A stretch of 64,000 nt of DNA from NCBI GenBank assembly GCA_031459625.1, contig JAVKIH010000002.1:266338-330337 (forward strand), read 5' to 3'. Made by a program: the position numbers and the translations under genes. A model generated the notes under the pieces. That model searched no databases. It saw nothing but the letters and a program-made list of their open reading frames with translations, and was not told where the DNA came from. This stretch comes from Candidatus Geohabitans tengchongensis (GTDB lineage Bacteria; Sysuimicrobiota; Sysuimicrobiia; Sysuimicrobiales; Humicultoraceae). How positions within the stretch are numbered: the stretch's first letter is position 1; every line of letters starts with the position of its first letter. Positions 17,691 to 29,550 of this stretch are shown here, in pieces.

Positions 17691-17769
17691 GCGCTCGACC
17701 TCCGTTCCCCCATTATATCCCTCTATCCCCACCCCAGGGCGTCGCCAGCCACACCCGCGCGGTCGGCGA

Positions 17770-17778
17770 TGGTATAAT
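17770..17778 (+). promoter_or_regulatory. Extended -10 promoter TGGTATAAT immediately upstream of accD (leader of only ~5 nt, no SD)
   Basis: The sequence is ggcgaTGgTATAATcgccacgcgctATGgct. The -10 hexamer ends 11 nt before the ATG at 17790, which implies a leaderless or near-leaderless accD mRNA. Confidence 0.45.
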
Positions 17779-17789
17779 CGCCACGCGCT

Positions 17790-18641
17790 ATGGCTCCCTG
17801 GCTGCGTCGGCCAAAGTACGCTTCCCTCCAGCGCAGGGACATGCCCGCCGGCCTGTGGGCGAAGTGCGCGCGCTGCCGCCAGCTGGTCTACCAGAAGGAG
17901 CTCGACCGCCACCTGCAGGTGTGTCCGCGCTGCGGCTATCACCACCGGCTGGGCGCGCGGGAGCGCATCGCCCTCACCCTCGATGCCGGGAGCTTCACCG
18001 AGTTCGACGCGGAGCTGACCTCCAGGGATCCGCTCCAGTTCCCCGACTACGCGGCGAAGCTGGCGGAGGCCCGGCGGCGGACGGGGCTGGCCGAAGCGGC
18101 CGTGGCGGGGGTGGGGGCGGTCGACGGGCAGCGCACCGTGGTCGTGGCCCTGGACTTCTTCTTCATGGGCGGCTCCATGGGGTCGGCGGTGGGCGAGAAG
18201 GTGGCCCGCGCCGCCGAGCGCGCCCTGGCCGAGCGGCTGCCCCTCGTCGCCTTCTGCGCCTCGGGCGGGGCCCGCATGCAGGAGGGGGCGCTCTCGCTGA
18301 TGCAGCTGGCCAAGACGAGCGCGGCCATCGCCCGGCTGCACGAGGCCGGGCTCCCCTACCTCTCCGTGCTGTGCGACCCCACCACCGGCGGCGTGGCCGC
18401 CTCCTTTGCCTTTCAGGGCGACGTCATCCTGGCCGAGCCCGGAGCGCTCATCGGCTTCGCCGGCCGCCGCGTCATCGAGCAGACCATCCGCCGCAAGCTG
18501 CCCGAGACCTTCCAGACCGCCGAGTTCTGCCTGGAGCACGGGATGATCGACATGATCGTCCCGCGCGCCGAGCTGCGCGGGCGGCTGGGCCTGCTGCTGC
18601 GCACCTTCGGCGCCTCGCGTCCCGTCCCGGTCCCGGTATGA
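17790..18641 (+). CDS. accD: Acetyl-CoA carboxylase carboxyltransferase subunit beta
   Basis: N-terminal Zn-ribbon (CARCRQLVYQKELDRHLQVCPRCGYHHR) and the CT domain (FFFMGGSMGSAVGEKV...). ATGA overlap with accA. Confidence 0.95.
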   Translation: MAPWLRRPKYASLQRRDMPAGLWAKCARCRQLVYQKELDRHLQVCPRCGYHHRLGARERIALTLDAGSFTEFDAELTSRDPLQFPDYAAKLAEARRRTGLAEAAVAGVGAVDGQRTVVVALDFFFMGGSMGSAVGEKVARAAERALAERLPLVAFCASGGARMQEGALSLMQLAKTSAAIARLHEAGLPYLSVLCDPTTGGVAASFAFQGDVILAEPGALIGFAGRRVIEQTIRRKLPETFQTAEFCLEHGMIDMIVPRAELRGRLGLLLRTFGASRPVPVPV

Positions 18642-19522
18642 CCCTGCCGCTCGACGCCACCAGCCCCGCGCCCGGGGACGCGGCGCACCCGCCGGGCGCC
18701 CCGGCGGTCGTGCGCCCCTCCGCCTGGGAGGTCGTGCAGCTGGCACGCCACGCCCAGCGTCCCAAGGCCCCCGACGTCGTGCGCGCCCTCCTCACCGACC
18801 TGGTGGAGGTGCACGGCGACCGCGCGTACCGCGACGACCCGGCCATGCTGGCGGGGTTCGGCTGGTTCGACGGGCAGCCGGTGGCCGTGGTGGCCCCGCG
18901 CAAGGGCCGCGACACCCGCGAGAACCTGGCGTTCAACTTCGGGATGCCCAACCCGGAGGGGTACCGCAAGGCCATCCGGGTGATGCGGCTCGCGGAGAAG
19001 TTCGGCCTCCCCCTGCTGAGCGTCGTCGACACCCCGGCCGCCTTCCCCGGCGACGAGGCGGAGATGCGCGGCCAGGCCGAGGCGATCGCCCGGGCCATCC
19101 AGACGATGACCCGCCTGCGCGTCCCCATCGTGGTGGTGATCACCGGGGAAGGCGGCAGCGGCGGGGCGCTGGCCATCGCCGTGGGCGACGTGGTGCTCAT
19201 GCTGGAGTACGCGACCTACACCGTCATCCCGCCCGAAGGGTGCGCGGCCATCCTCTGGCGCGACGCCGCCCGCGCCCGGGAGGCGGCGGAGGCGCTGCAC
19301 CTCACCGCCCCCGACCTGCTCCGCCTGGGGGTGATCGACGAGATCGTCCCCGAACCCCCCGGCGGCGCGCACCTCGATCCCGATGCTGCCATCGCGTCGG
19401 TACGCGCGGCCGTGGCGCGCCACCTGCGCGCGCTGCGCGGCATCGACCCGGCGGCCTTGCTGGCCCGCCGCTACGAGAAGTACCGCCGCATGGGGCAGGT
19501 GCTGGTCGAGGGCGATGGCTGA
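18638..19522 (+). CDS. accA: Acetyl-CoA carboxylase carboxyltransferase subunit alpha
   Basis: MTLPLDA...[35 protein letters not shown]...[37 protein letters not shown]...[13 protein letters not shown]. The internal ATG is frame-verified. Confidence 0.95.
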   Translation: MTLPLDATSPAPGDAAHPPGAPAVVRPSAWEVVQLARHAQRPKAPDVVRALLTDLVEVHGDRAYRDDPAMLAGFGWFDGQPVAVVAPRKGRDTRENLAFNFGMPNPEGYRKAIRVMRLAEKFGLPLLSVVDTPAAFPGDEAEMRGQAEAIARAIQTMTRLRVPIVVVITGEGGSGGALAIAVGDVVLMLEYATYTVIPPEGCAAILWRDAARAREAAEALHLTAPDLLRLGVIDEIVPEPPGGAHLDPDAAIASVRAAVARHLRALRGIDPAALLARRYEKYRRMGQVLVEGDG

Positions 19523-20096
19523 GACGCCCGGTCCCGACCTCGAGGTGGTGCGGGCGCTCATCCGCCTGGCCGAGGAAGCCGACCTGCGCGAGCTGGTCGT
19601 GGAGGCGGGCGGCGTGCGCGTGCGCATCCGGCGGGGTGTCGCGGCCCGGCGGCCGGGAGCGGCGGCCGGGCCCGCGGCGGCCAGGGGGGCGGCCGGGCCC
19701 GCGGCGGTCAGGTCCGCGGCGGCCCGGTCCGCGGCGGCCCCGGAGGAGGTCCCGGCCCCGTACGCCGCCTTCGGTGAGGGGCTGGAGGAGCCGTTCGCAC
19801 CGGCGGGTCCTGCGGGCGAGGGCGAGGACCGCCTGGCCGAGACCGACCACCTGCGCCCCATCACCGCGCCCATGGTCGGCACCTTCTACCGCGCGCCGGC
19901 ACCGGACGCCCCGCCCTTCGTGAACGAGGGCGACGTGGTGCAGCCGGGCCAGACGGTCTGCATCATCGAGGCGATGAAGCTCTTTAACGAAATCCAGAGC
20001 GAGGTGGCCGGCCGGGTGGCCCGCATCCTGGTGGAGAACGGCAGCCCGGTGGAGTACGGCCAGCCGCTCATCCTCATCGAACCCGCCTCCGGCTGA
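19515..20096 (+). CDS. accB: Biotin carboxyl carrier protein
   Basis: Ala/Pro-rich linker followed by the biotinyl domain with [18 protein letters not shown] (biotinylation motif EAMK). Confidence 0.9.
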   Translation: MAETPGPDLEVVRALIRLAEEADLRELVVEAGGVRVRIRRGVAARRPGAAAGPAAARGAAGPAAVRSAAARSAAAPEEVPAPYAAFGEGLEEPFAPAGPAGEGEDRLAETDHLRPITAPMVGTFYRAPAPDAPPFVNEGDVVQPGQTVCIIEAMKLFNEIQSEVAGRVARILVENGSPVEYGQPLILIEPASG

Positions 20097-20099
20097 ACC

Positions 20100-21448
<1,349 letters not shown>

Positions 21449-21452
<4 letters not shown>

Positions 21453-23383
21453 CCGCGGGTGGCGCGCCTGGCTGGCCCGGTCCAGCCAGGGCCGCGCGAT
21501 CCCCCGGACGGCGGATGGGCCGGTGCCCGATCCCGCAAGTACAGGTCGAACCACTCGAGCATGTCCAGCAGCATGTGCCGCACGTTGGCCGGAGAGAGCA
21601 CGTAGTAGGTCTCATTCGGGTAGACCTTGTACTGGAACGTCTTGTACGCGCGTTCCAGCGCCCGGGCGAACTCCAGGCCCGCGTCGCTCCACGGCCACTT
21701 GCCCTCGCCATGGAGGACGAAGCACGGGGTCGTGGCCCGCGCCACCTGGTAGATCGGCGAGCAGCGGTAGTAGACCTCCTCGTTGCCTTCCAGCGGGCCG
21801 CCAAACTCGTACTCCAGCAGCTTGACGTGGCGCAGCTCGAGGTCGTGATAATGGCGGACCCAGTTGGCATAGCCGGAACAGACCACGGCCGCCTGGAACT
21901 CCTCCGGCGCGAAGCAGACCGCCGACATCGTCAGGCAGCCGCCGTAGCTGGTTCCGGTGATCCCCGTGTGGTGGGGATCCACCTCCGGCAGCGTGGCCAG
22001 GAAGCGCTTGCCGGCAATGGCATCACGGAGATCGCCGCCGCCCCAGTCTCTGTTGTTCAGGTCTTCGAAGGCGCGCCCGTACCCGGAGCTGCCCCGGACG
22101 TTGGGGAGGAGCACCGTGTACCCGTGCATGGCAAAGAACTGGACCGACGGCTGGAAGGTGTCCAGGAACTGGGACGTGGGCCCGCCGTGGAGCCAGAGCA
22201 GGCCCGGGCTGCGCTCCCCCGGCATCAGGCCGCGGCCCCGGTACAGATACGCCGTAATCGTCAGGCCGTCGTCGGCGGCGTAGTGAACCTTCTCCGGGCG
22301 CACCAGGGCGGAAGCGGCCCACGGGGGCAGGGACGCCGTCAGGGCGCGCGTCCGGCCGGTTTCCACGTCGACCACCCAGAGGTCCTGAGGCGCGGTGGTC
22401 GTCTGGAACAGGTAGCAGATCTGGCGCCCGTCGGGGGACCACTGCGGGAAGGCACAGACCCCGTCCTCGGGGTCCACGAGCACCCGCGGCTCGCCGCCGG
22501 AGACCGGCGCGACCCGCAGCTGGAGCGTCCCGTCGTGGTTCTCGACGTAGGCGACGAACCGCCCATCCGGCGACCAGGCGGCCTCCCCCTGGTCCGCCGC
22601 CGCCGGCGCCACCGCCCGCAGGTCGCCGCCGTCGATCGGGACGATGTAGAAGTTGAACCAGCCTGACCGCTGCGACCGGATCAGCAGGTGCCTCCCGTCC
22701 GGCGAGGGCAGCGGCGTGCCGAACGTCCGACCGTAGTGGTAGTCGAACATGTCGGTGTCGCGCACCACCACCCGCGCGTTGCCGCCGTCGAGGTCGATGA
22801 GGATGACGTCGTGGTCGGTCCAGGCCTCGTTGAGGCGGACGAACACGATGTGCTGGCCGTCGGGCAGGAAGGCCGGGTACACCTCGTACCGGGGATCGGA
22901 GGTGAGTCGGACGGCCTCGCCCGAGGGGACGGCCACCCGGTAGATGTCGTACTGGCCGTACCGGTTCCCCGAGAGCACGAGGCTGCGGCCGTCGGGGGCC
23001 CACCGGAACGCCTCGATGGCGCCGCCCAGGCGCGTCAATCGCTGATCCGGCCCGCGGAGACTCCAGAGCCAGATTTCCGGCGTGCCGCTCTTGGCCGAGA
23101 TGTAGGCGACGTACTCGCCCGTCGGCGACCACTGCGGCATCCGCGCACCCAGGAACGGGATCTCGCCCATCCCGGTTGTCAACCGTACCGGGGCGCCGCC
23201 GGACGGTGAGACGCTCCACAGTTCGGGTTCGCCCGCCATCGCCGAGACGAAGAGGATGGCCGACCCGTCCGGCGCCCACTGCGGAGGTTCGGGCAACGCG
23301 GCCGGGCGGATGGCCAGGAGCTGATCGAGGCTCAACGTCGGCAGGACATCCGTCACGCGGGGAACACCAGTCCTCTGATGCAT
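21449..23383 (-). CDS. S9 family serine peptidase (prolyl oligopeptidase / acylaminoacyl-peptidase type) with an N-terminal beta-propeller
   Basis: WD40/TolB-like repeats ([12 protein letters not shown]..., [12 protein letters not shown]...) followed by the alpha/beta hydrolase region [10 protein letters not shown]...[12 protein letters not shown] (GxSxGG nucleophile)...[10 protein letters not shown]. Confidence 0.85.
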
Positions 23384-23429
23384 CGCAACCTCCTCCCCTC
23401 CTCCGGCCCGGGCAGGCTCGGAGCCGCCG

Positions 23430-24749
23430 TCACCGCCCGGCCGCCTCCGGCAGGCCTACCGGAGCCCCCACCGTCCCACGCACGAAGCCCAGCAGGAGGA
23501 GTACCTCCACCCCCTGGGCGAGGACCATCGCCCATGCCGCCACCAGGATGCCCGGCCCCCCTGCCAGCGCTCCCAGGGTGAGCACGATCCCCAGGACGAC
23601 CAGGTGGGCGGCCATGGCCTGCTGGACCCGACCGGTGCGATGGGCGGCGATCAGGGCACCCCGGTAGAGGTTGCGCAGCCCGAGCAGCCACGGCAGCGCC
23701 ACCATCGTGCGCAGACCCGCTACGGTGGCGTCGCGCAGCGGAGGGGACAGGCTGATGATCCGGCCCACGTAGAGGTCCACCAGGGGGGTGAAGGCCACCA
23801 GCGCCAGGACGGCGGTACACCCGAGCCCGGTCCACAGCACGAAGCGGGTGACCACCGCGGGGCCTCCGGCGCGCTCCTGGACGGCGACCACCATCTCCTG
23901 AAACGCCATCACGCCCGCCGCGACGAGGTGCATGAACCCGTTGGCCACGGGCCAGGCCGCCAGGGAGACACCCGGCAGCGCGGCACGGGCGATCCCCGCG
24001 GTGACCATGGGGCGGGCGATCACGCGCATGAGGTCGGTGGCCGCCAGCGGCAGGCAAAAGCGCACGATCGCTGCACTGGTCAGCCCACCGGAGGGCCCCG
24101 GGGGCAGCTGACGCACCCGGGGCAGAGCCCACAGGGTGATGATCACCGCCTCGACCACTACGCTCGCCGACAGGGCGATGGCACCCATCGTCGCCCCGGG
24201 CAGCCTCGCCGCCACGCCCAGGAGGACGGTCCCGGTGAGGGCGGCCAGCCGGCTCAGCGTGCCGTAGCCGATCAGACGGGGCGCGTTGGCCAGCAGCAGC
24301 GGGCCCTGGTAGAACCGGCGCCAGGCGATTGCCGGCACCCAGGGGAGCAACCACCGCAGGGCCGGCTTGGCCTCCGCCAGCACCGCGGGCGGGACCCCGA
24401 TGAGGCCGGCGAGGACGACGTCGGACAGCCGGGTGAACGCCACGACAGTGAACAGCGCCGTGAGCGCGCCGGCCCAGATGAGCATGAACCGGCGCAAGAG
24501 GCGGTAGGCGGCCTGCGTCCGCGTCAGGGCCACCGAGGCCGAGAAGAGCATGATGATCGGGCTCTCGATCAGGACAGCCAGGTCGAGGGTGACGCCGAAA
24601 GCCGCCAGGTGCACGTCCGGGTGGCCCAGCCGGCTGATGCCGGCCGCCACCACCGGCTGCGCGACAGCCATCATGAGCCAGGACAGCGCCAGGGGGAGCC
24701 AGTACGCCACCAGGCGCGCCGTCGGCCACGAGGGTGCCGCGTCTGCCAT
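23430..24749 (-). CDS. Polytopic membrane protein, MOP-superfamily (MATE / polysaccharide-flippase-like) transporter
   Basis: About 439 aa with at least 12 hydrophobic segments and no ATP-binding motifs. The ATG at 24749 overlaps the stop of the upstream permease gene by 1 nt. Family assignment is by overall topology only. Confidence 0.6.
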   Translation of the reverse strand: MADAAPSWPTARLVAYWLPLALSWLMMAVAQPVVAAGISRLGHPDVHLAAFGVTLDLAVLIESPIIMLFSASVALTRTQAAYRLLRRFMLIWAGALTALFTVVAFTRLSDVVLAGLIGVPPAVLAEAKPALRWLLPWVPAIAWRRFYQGPLLLANAPRLIGYGTLSRLAALTGTVLLGVAARLPGATMGAIALSASVVVEAVIITLWALPRVRQLPPGPSGGLTSAAIVRFCLPLAATDLMRVIARPMVTAGIARAALPGVSLAAWPVANGFMHLVAAGVMAFQEMVVAVQERAGGPAVVTRFVLWTGLGCTAVLALVAFTPLVDLYVGRIISLSPPLRDATVAGLRTMVALPWLLGLRNLYRGALIAAHRTGRVQQAMAAHLVVLGIVLTLGALAGGPGILVAAWAMVLAQGVEVLLLLGFVRGTVGAPVGLPEAAGR

Positions 24750-25675
24750 CAGTCGTAGCGGATGCGTGGGTCGAGGTAGCCGTAGAGCAGGTCGACGGCC
24801 AGGTTGACCACGACGTAGACCGTGGCGATGAAGAGCACCCCGCCCTGGACGACGGGGAAGTCCCGGCTCTGGATGCCCTGGAGCAGCAGCAGCCCCAGGC
24901 CCCGGCGAGCGAACACCGACTCGACGATCACCGTCCCGGCCAGGAGCCCGCCGAACTGGAGCCCGACGATGGTCACCACGGGGATGAGGGCATTCCGCAG
25001 CGCGTGGTGCGTAATCACGCTCCACGGCCTCAACCCCTTCGCCCGGGCGGTGCGCACGTAATCCTCCTGGAACACCTCCACCAGGCTGCTGCGGACCATG
25101 CGGGCAATGATCGCGGCCGCGCCAAACCCCAGCGTCCCCGCCGGGAGGACCAGGCCCGCAAGGCCGGGCAGGCTCGTGACGGGCAGCACGCCCAACCAGA
25201 TGGCGAAGACGTAGATGAGCAGGAAGCCCAGCCAGAAGGACGGCATCGACACCCCCAGCAGCGCCACGACCATCGTGAGGTTGTCCAGCAGCCGGCCGCG
25301 GTGGAGGGCGGCCAGGACCCCCAGGGTCGTTCCGAGCAGGATGGCGCACCCCATCGCCGCGACGGCGAGCTGGAGGGTCAGCGGGAACCGTTCCAGGATG
25401 AGATCGGTCACCGGGTGGTTGCCCCAGATCGACCGGCCGAGGTCGCCTCGCAGCAGGCGGAGGAGAAACCGGCCATACTGCACCGGCAGGGGCTCCTTGA
25501 GGCCCAACCGCTCCCGAACCGCCTCCACCTGCTCCGCCGTCGCCCCGCCGCTCTCCACGAACATCGCCAGCACGGGGTCCCCCGGGACGAAGTGCAGCAT
25601 CGAGAAGGTGAACAGGGTGACCCCCAGCAGGACCGGGACGGCCGTCAGCGCACGCCGGAGGACGTACGTGGCCAT
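24749..25675 (-). CDS. Peptide/nickel ABC transporter permease (DppB/OppB-like)
   Basis: Typical N-terminus MATYVLRRALTAVPVLLGVTLFTFSMLHFVPGDP and the EAA-loop region (YVRTARAKGL...ALRNALIP). Confidence 0.9.
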   Translation of the reverse strand: MATYVLRRALTAVPVLLGVTLFTFSMLHFVPGDPVLAMFVESGGATAEQVEAVRERLGLKEPLPVQYGRFLLRLLRGDLGRSIWGNHPVTDLILERFPLTLQLAVAAMGCAILLGTTLGVLAALHRGRLLDNLTMVVALLGVSMPSFWLGFLLIYVFAIWLGVLPVTSLPGLAGLVLPAGTLGFGAAAIIARMVRSSLVEVFQEDYVRTARAKGLRPWSVITHHALRNALIPVVTIVGLQFGGLLAGTVIVESVFARRGLGLLLLQGIQSRDFPVVQGGVLFIATVYVVVNLAVDLLYGYLDPRIRYD

Positions 25676-25705
25676 GCGCGCCTCAGGCGCGGGGGCAGCC
25701 GGCGC

Positions 25706-27337
25706 CTACCGCAGCCGCGTGGGGTAGAAGTACGGAAATGCCACCTCGTTGAACGTCAAGTTCTCCACGGTGGTCCGCACGCCGAAGACGTAGTCCTCCT
25801 CCCACCCCATCACGCCGACGGCATTCACCAGGATGATGCGCATGGCCCCGATGAGGTTGCGCCACCGGGTCTCGGGATCGGCCGAGGCCAGGGCCGTGTC
25901 GAGCAGGCGGTCGAGCTCGGGGGAGGTGAAGCCGTACCAGTTGTAGACGGAACCGCTCCGGAAGAACGACGCCAGGATGCCGGCGCTCTCGTAGCCGGAG
26001 TCGCTGATGATGGTGGCGTCGAAGTCCCCCTTGCTGACGCTGCCGATCCAGAAGTTGAAGTCGCCGATGCGGAAGCGCAGCTCGATCCCGGCCTGGCGCA
26101 GCATCGCCTGCAGCGGCTCCGACTCGCGCACCGTGACGCCTTCGGGGATGACGTGTTCCAGCACCAGACGCTCCGTCCCCCGCACCCGGATCCCGTCGGG
26201 GCCGGGCCGCCACCCGGCCTCCTCGAGCAGCTGCTTGGCGCGGTCAAGATTGTACTCATAGTCCACCGGCTGGAGCTGGCTCCGGTACAGGTTCCGGAAG
26301 GCCTGGGGGACCATGTTGATGGGGAGCGGCCCGAGCCCCGGACGCCCGGTGCCTCCCCACGTGGGCAGCCGCATGAGCAGGGGTCGGTTGATCGCGTGGT
26401 TGATGGCCCGTCGCACCCGCAGGTCCGCAGTCGGGCCCCGTCGGGTGTTCAGCAGCAGCATGCGCGCCGTCCCCGCCTTCGGCACCAGCACGATGCGCAC
26501 GCCCGGTTTGCCCCGCAGCACGGCGATGTCCGGCGGGGTGACCTGCGCGCTGGTCGCCTGGCCGGTCTCCACGGCCGCCGCCCGGGTACCGGCCTCGGGG
26601 ACCTGGCGGTAGATGACCCGTTCCACGAATGCCGGGCCGGTGTGGCCGAACACCCGCGCCCCCCAGCGGTAGTCCGGGTTCCGCTCCAGCACGGCGTCAC
26701 CCCCGCGCGCCCAGCTCACGAGCCGGAACGGCCCGGTGCCGACCAGCTCCCGTGCCCCGTAGTCGTCGCCCAGCCGGCGCAGGGCCGCCGGGGAGTCAAT
26801 CCCCAACCCCCCGTCGCTGAGGTACGTGAGGAACCCCCCGTGGGGCTCCCGGAAGATGACGCGCACCGTGAACTCATCCACCACCTCGGTGCGAATGTAC
26901 CGGGGCCCGCCCATGGCCAGGTAGCGGAACCCGCGCCGCGGTCGGTCGGGCGACATGGTCCACTCGAAGTTGAACCGGACCGCCTCCGCGTTGAACGGCG
27001 TCCCGTCGTGGAACCGGACCCCGCGGCGAAGGCGGAAGGTGTAGATCCGCCCGCCGGCGGTGATCTCCCACGACTCCGCCAGCCAGGGATGGATCGTCCC
27101 GTCGGCGGGGTTCACCGCGACGAGGTTGTCCAGCACGTGGCGAGCCACCATGCGGCAGGGCGTGTTGTTGGACAGGTGCTGGTTCAGGGTGTCGGCACAG
27201 ACGGTGGCCTGCGCGTGGATCAGGGTCCCGCGGGCATCCTGGGCCCGGCCCGCCACCCGCAGCCCCCCCACCAGGAGGACCGCCACCACCCCGGCCAGCG
27301 CCCACCGGCGCCCCAGGCGCCTGTGATCTGCCATCAC
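25706..27337 (-). CDS. ABC transporter substrate-binding protein, family 5 (peptide/nickel type)
   Basis: Signal/anchor sequence plus a ~540-aa SBP_bac_5-type sequence (…ERNPDYRWG…, …LPEAGWRPGPDG…). Confidence 0.9.
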   Translation of the reverse strand: MMADHRRLGRRWALAGVVAVLLVGGLRVAGRAQDARGTLIHAQATVCADTLNQHLSNNTPCRMVARHVLDNLVAVNPADGTIHPWLAESWEITAGGRIYTFRLRRGVRFHDGTPFNAEAVRFNFEWTMSPDRPRRGFRYLAMGGPRYIRTEVVDEFTVRVIFREPHGGFLTYLSDGGLGIDSPAALRRLGDDYGARELVGTGPFRLVSWARGGDAVLERNPDYRWGARVFGHTGPAFVERVIYRQVPEAGTRAAAVETGQATSAQVTPPDIAVLRGKPGVRIVLVPKAGTARMLLLNTRRGPTADLRVRRAINHAINRPLLMRLPTWGGTGRPGLGPLPINMVPQAFRNLYRSQLQPVDYEYNLDRAKQLLEEAGWRPGPDGIRVRGTERLVLEHVIPEGVTVRESEPLQAMLRQAGIELRFRIGDFNFWIGSVSKGDFDATIISDSGYESAGILASFFRSGSVYNWYGFTSPELDRLLDTALASADPETRWRNLIGAMRIILVNAVGVMGWEEDYVFGVRTTVENLTFNEVAFPYFYPTRLR

Positions 27338-27365
27338 CTTCCACCTCCTCCGTCCGCTCCGGCGT

Positions 27366-28259
27366 TCAGCTCCGCGGCACCTTTGGGTCGAGCGCGTCCC
27401 GCAACCCGTCCCCGAGCAGGTTCATCCCGAGCACCGTGACCATGATGGCCAGTCCGGGAAAGGTGGTGATCCACCAGGCCTGGCGCAGGTAGGCCCGCCC
27501 GAACGACAGCATCGCGCCCCACTCCGGCGTCGGGGGCTGAGCGCCCAGCCCGAGAAAGGACAGGCCCGACGCGGCCAGGATCGCGGAGGCCAGGCCCAGG
27601 GTGGCCAGGACGATGACGGACGGCAGGACGTTGGGCAGTATGTACCGCCAGATGATCCGGCCGGGCGTGCAGCCGATCGCCCGGGCGCCCGTCACATAGT
27701 CCATGGCGCGGATCGCCAGGGTCTGGCCCCGTGTCACGCGGGTGAAGGACGGCGTCGCGGCAATGCCTACCGCCAGCATGACGTTGTACAGCCCGGGCCC
27801 CAGCACGGCCACGATGGCCAGCGCGAGCAGGATGCCCGGAAACGCCAGCATGAGGTCCATGATCCGGAGGATGACGTCGTCCAGCCATCCCCCGTAGAAG
27901 CCGCTGACCAGGCCGAGGGTCACCCCCGCCGTCCCGCCAATACCGACGGAGATGAGACCGACGCTGAGCGAGAGGCGGGAACCGTAGATCACCCGGCTGA
28001 GGACGTCCCGTCCCACCTCATCGGTCCCGAAGGGATGCTCCCGGGAGGGCGGCTGGAGGGGCTGGAGGAGGTCCTGGAACGTCGGGTCGTAGGGGGCGAG
28101 CCATGGAGCCCCCAGCGCCACACCCCCGGCAACGGCCAGCAGCGTCAGCCCGGCCATCGCCCCGCGGTTGCGGGCCAGCTGTGCCCGAACGATGGAGCCA
28201 TAGGTGCGAGACCGTTCGGCTGCCGGCAGCTGGGGCAACGCGGTCACTCGGGTGCTCAT
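27366..28259 (-). CDS. Peptide/nickel ABC transporter permease (DppC/OppC-like)
   Basis: N-terminal extension then a BPD_transp_1 core (…LAFPGILLALAIVAVLGPGLYNVMLAVGIA…ARAIGCTPGRIIWRYILPN…). Confidence 0.9.
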   Translation of the reverse strand: MSTRVTALPQLPAAERSRTYGSIVRAQLARNRGAMAGLTLLAVAGGVALGAPWLAPYDPTFQDLLQPLQPPSREHPFGTDEVGRDVLSRVIYGSRLSLSVGLISVGIGGTAGVTLGLVSGFYGGWLDDVILRIMDLMLAFPGILLALAIVAVLGPGLYNVMLAVGIAATPSFTRVTRGQTLAIRAMDYVTGARAIGCTPGRIIWRYILPNVLPSVIVLATLGLASAILAASGLSFLGLGAQPPTPEWGAMLSFGRAYLRQAWWITTFPGLAIMVTVLGMNLLGDGLRDALDPKVPRS

Positions 28260-28284
28260 ACGACGGCCTCGTCCAGGCGCTCGT

Positions 28285-29424
28285 TCACTCGATCACCGCC
28301 AGGGCGCGCGGCGCCTGCGTCAGGGGCACGGCGCTGTCGGGTGTGACCACCACAACGTCTTCCACCCGGCAGGCGTAGCCGTTGGGCACGCGGCTCGACG
28401 GCTCCACCGTGAACGTCATAGCCTCCCGCAGCACCGTGCGGTCCCCGGTCTCCAGGTAGGGCGGCTCGTGCACGGTCACGCCGATGCCGTGGCCCAGCCG
28501 GTGCGTGAAGTAGTCGCCGTACCCGGCTTCGCGGAGCACGTCCCGCGCGGTGCGGTCGGCATCCTCGGCCGTGATGTCCCCGGCCCGCATGGCGGCCATC
28601 GCCGCGCGCTGGGCCTCCAGGACCGCGTCGAACATGGCGGCGACCTCCTGGGGCGGACTCCCCAGGAAGGCCGTCCGGCCGAAGTCCGAGCAGTACTCCT
28701 CGTACACGCAGCCGAAGTCGAACGTGATGGCGTCCCCGGGGGCGAGGCGGCGCTGGCCGTGCCGGGTCGTGGGGAGGCGGTCACTGTTGGGCCGGGTGAA
28801 CCGCACGCCGGTGACGAAGGCCGGGTAGTCGGCGCCGTGCTGGGCGAACTGGTAGTCGATCTCGTGGGCCACGTCGAGCTCGCGCACGCCTTCGCGGAGG
28901 ACCTTCAGGATCGCCATGTACACGGCATCGGCCACCGCCGCCGCCCGCCGCATCACCTCCAGCTCGTCGGCCGTCTTGATCATCCGGAGGGGGGCGATGA
29001 GCCGACTCGCCGGCACCAGCTGAAGGCCAGCGGCGCGCAGGGCCTCGACCGTCGGCACCCAGGCCCGGTCGTCGACGGCGACGCGCCGCGCCCCGGGAGC
29101 GACCCGGTGGAGGACATCCCCCATGACGGAGGCGGGATCCTCCCCCTCGAGGACGACCCGGACGTCGGAAATCCAGGGTTTGCCCCGGGCCTGGTGCAGG
29201 AAGAACTCGGAACCCATGCGCGGCACCACCAGCACGAGGCGTTCGAGTCCGACGTAGGCGCCCTCGATCCAGTCGGCGTAGGCGTTGGTGTCGGTGGCGT
29301 GGGGCTGCTGCCGCCGGACGCCAGTGAGGTAGGCGAGATTCGCCCCGGGGCGCAAGTACAGGGCGTCGACGGGCTCGCCTGCCATGGCCTGCCGGACTGC
29401 CTGAAGGCGTGGCCGGATCTCCAC
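28285..29424 (-). CDS. M24 family metallopeptidase (Xaa-Pro aminopeptidase / creatinase-like)
   Basis: Creatinase N-terminal domain plus an M24 core with metal ligands in context (FDFGCVYEEYCSDFGRT...HRLGHGIGVTVHEPP...TVEP). Confidence 0.85.
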   Translation of the reverse strand: MEIRPRLQAVRQAMAGEPVDALYLRPGANLAYLTGVRRQQPHATDTNAYADWIEGAYVGLERLVLVVPRMGSEFFLHQARGKPWISDVRVVLEGEDPASVMGDVLHRVAPGARRVAVDDRAWVPTVEALRAAGLQLVPASRLIAPLRMIKTADELEVMRRAAAVADAVYMAILKVLREGVRELDVAHEIDYQFAQHGADYPAFVTGVRFTRPNSDRLPTTRHGQRRLAPGDAITFDFGCVYEEYCSDFGRTAFLGSPPQEVAAMFDAVLEAQRAAMAAMRAGDITAEDADRTARDVLREAGYGDYFTHRLGHGIGVTVHEPPYLETGDRTVLREAMTFTVEPSSRVPNGYACRVEDVVVVTPDSAVPLTQAPRALAVIE

Positions 29425-29550
29425 TCTCCCGCTCCCCGTCGGCTGACCGTGCGCCGCGGTGCGGCGCCTTGAGCATACGACCAGGAGTCTACTGGGCCGC
29501 GTCGTATAATGACTAATACTATCTCCTGATAGCCGGTATCACTTTACCTG

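Noticed and set aside
19640-19760. GC-rich short tandem repeats (ggcccgcggcggcc…) inside accB
   Set aside because: They encode the expected Ala/Pro-rich flexible linker of BCCP. They are coding low-complexity, not a CRISPR or regulatory repeat.
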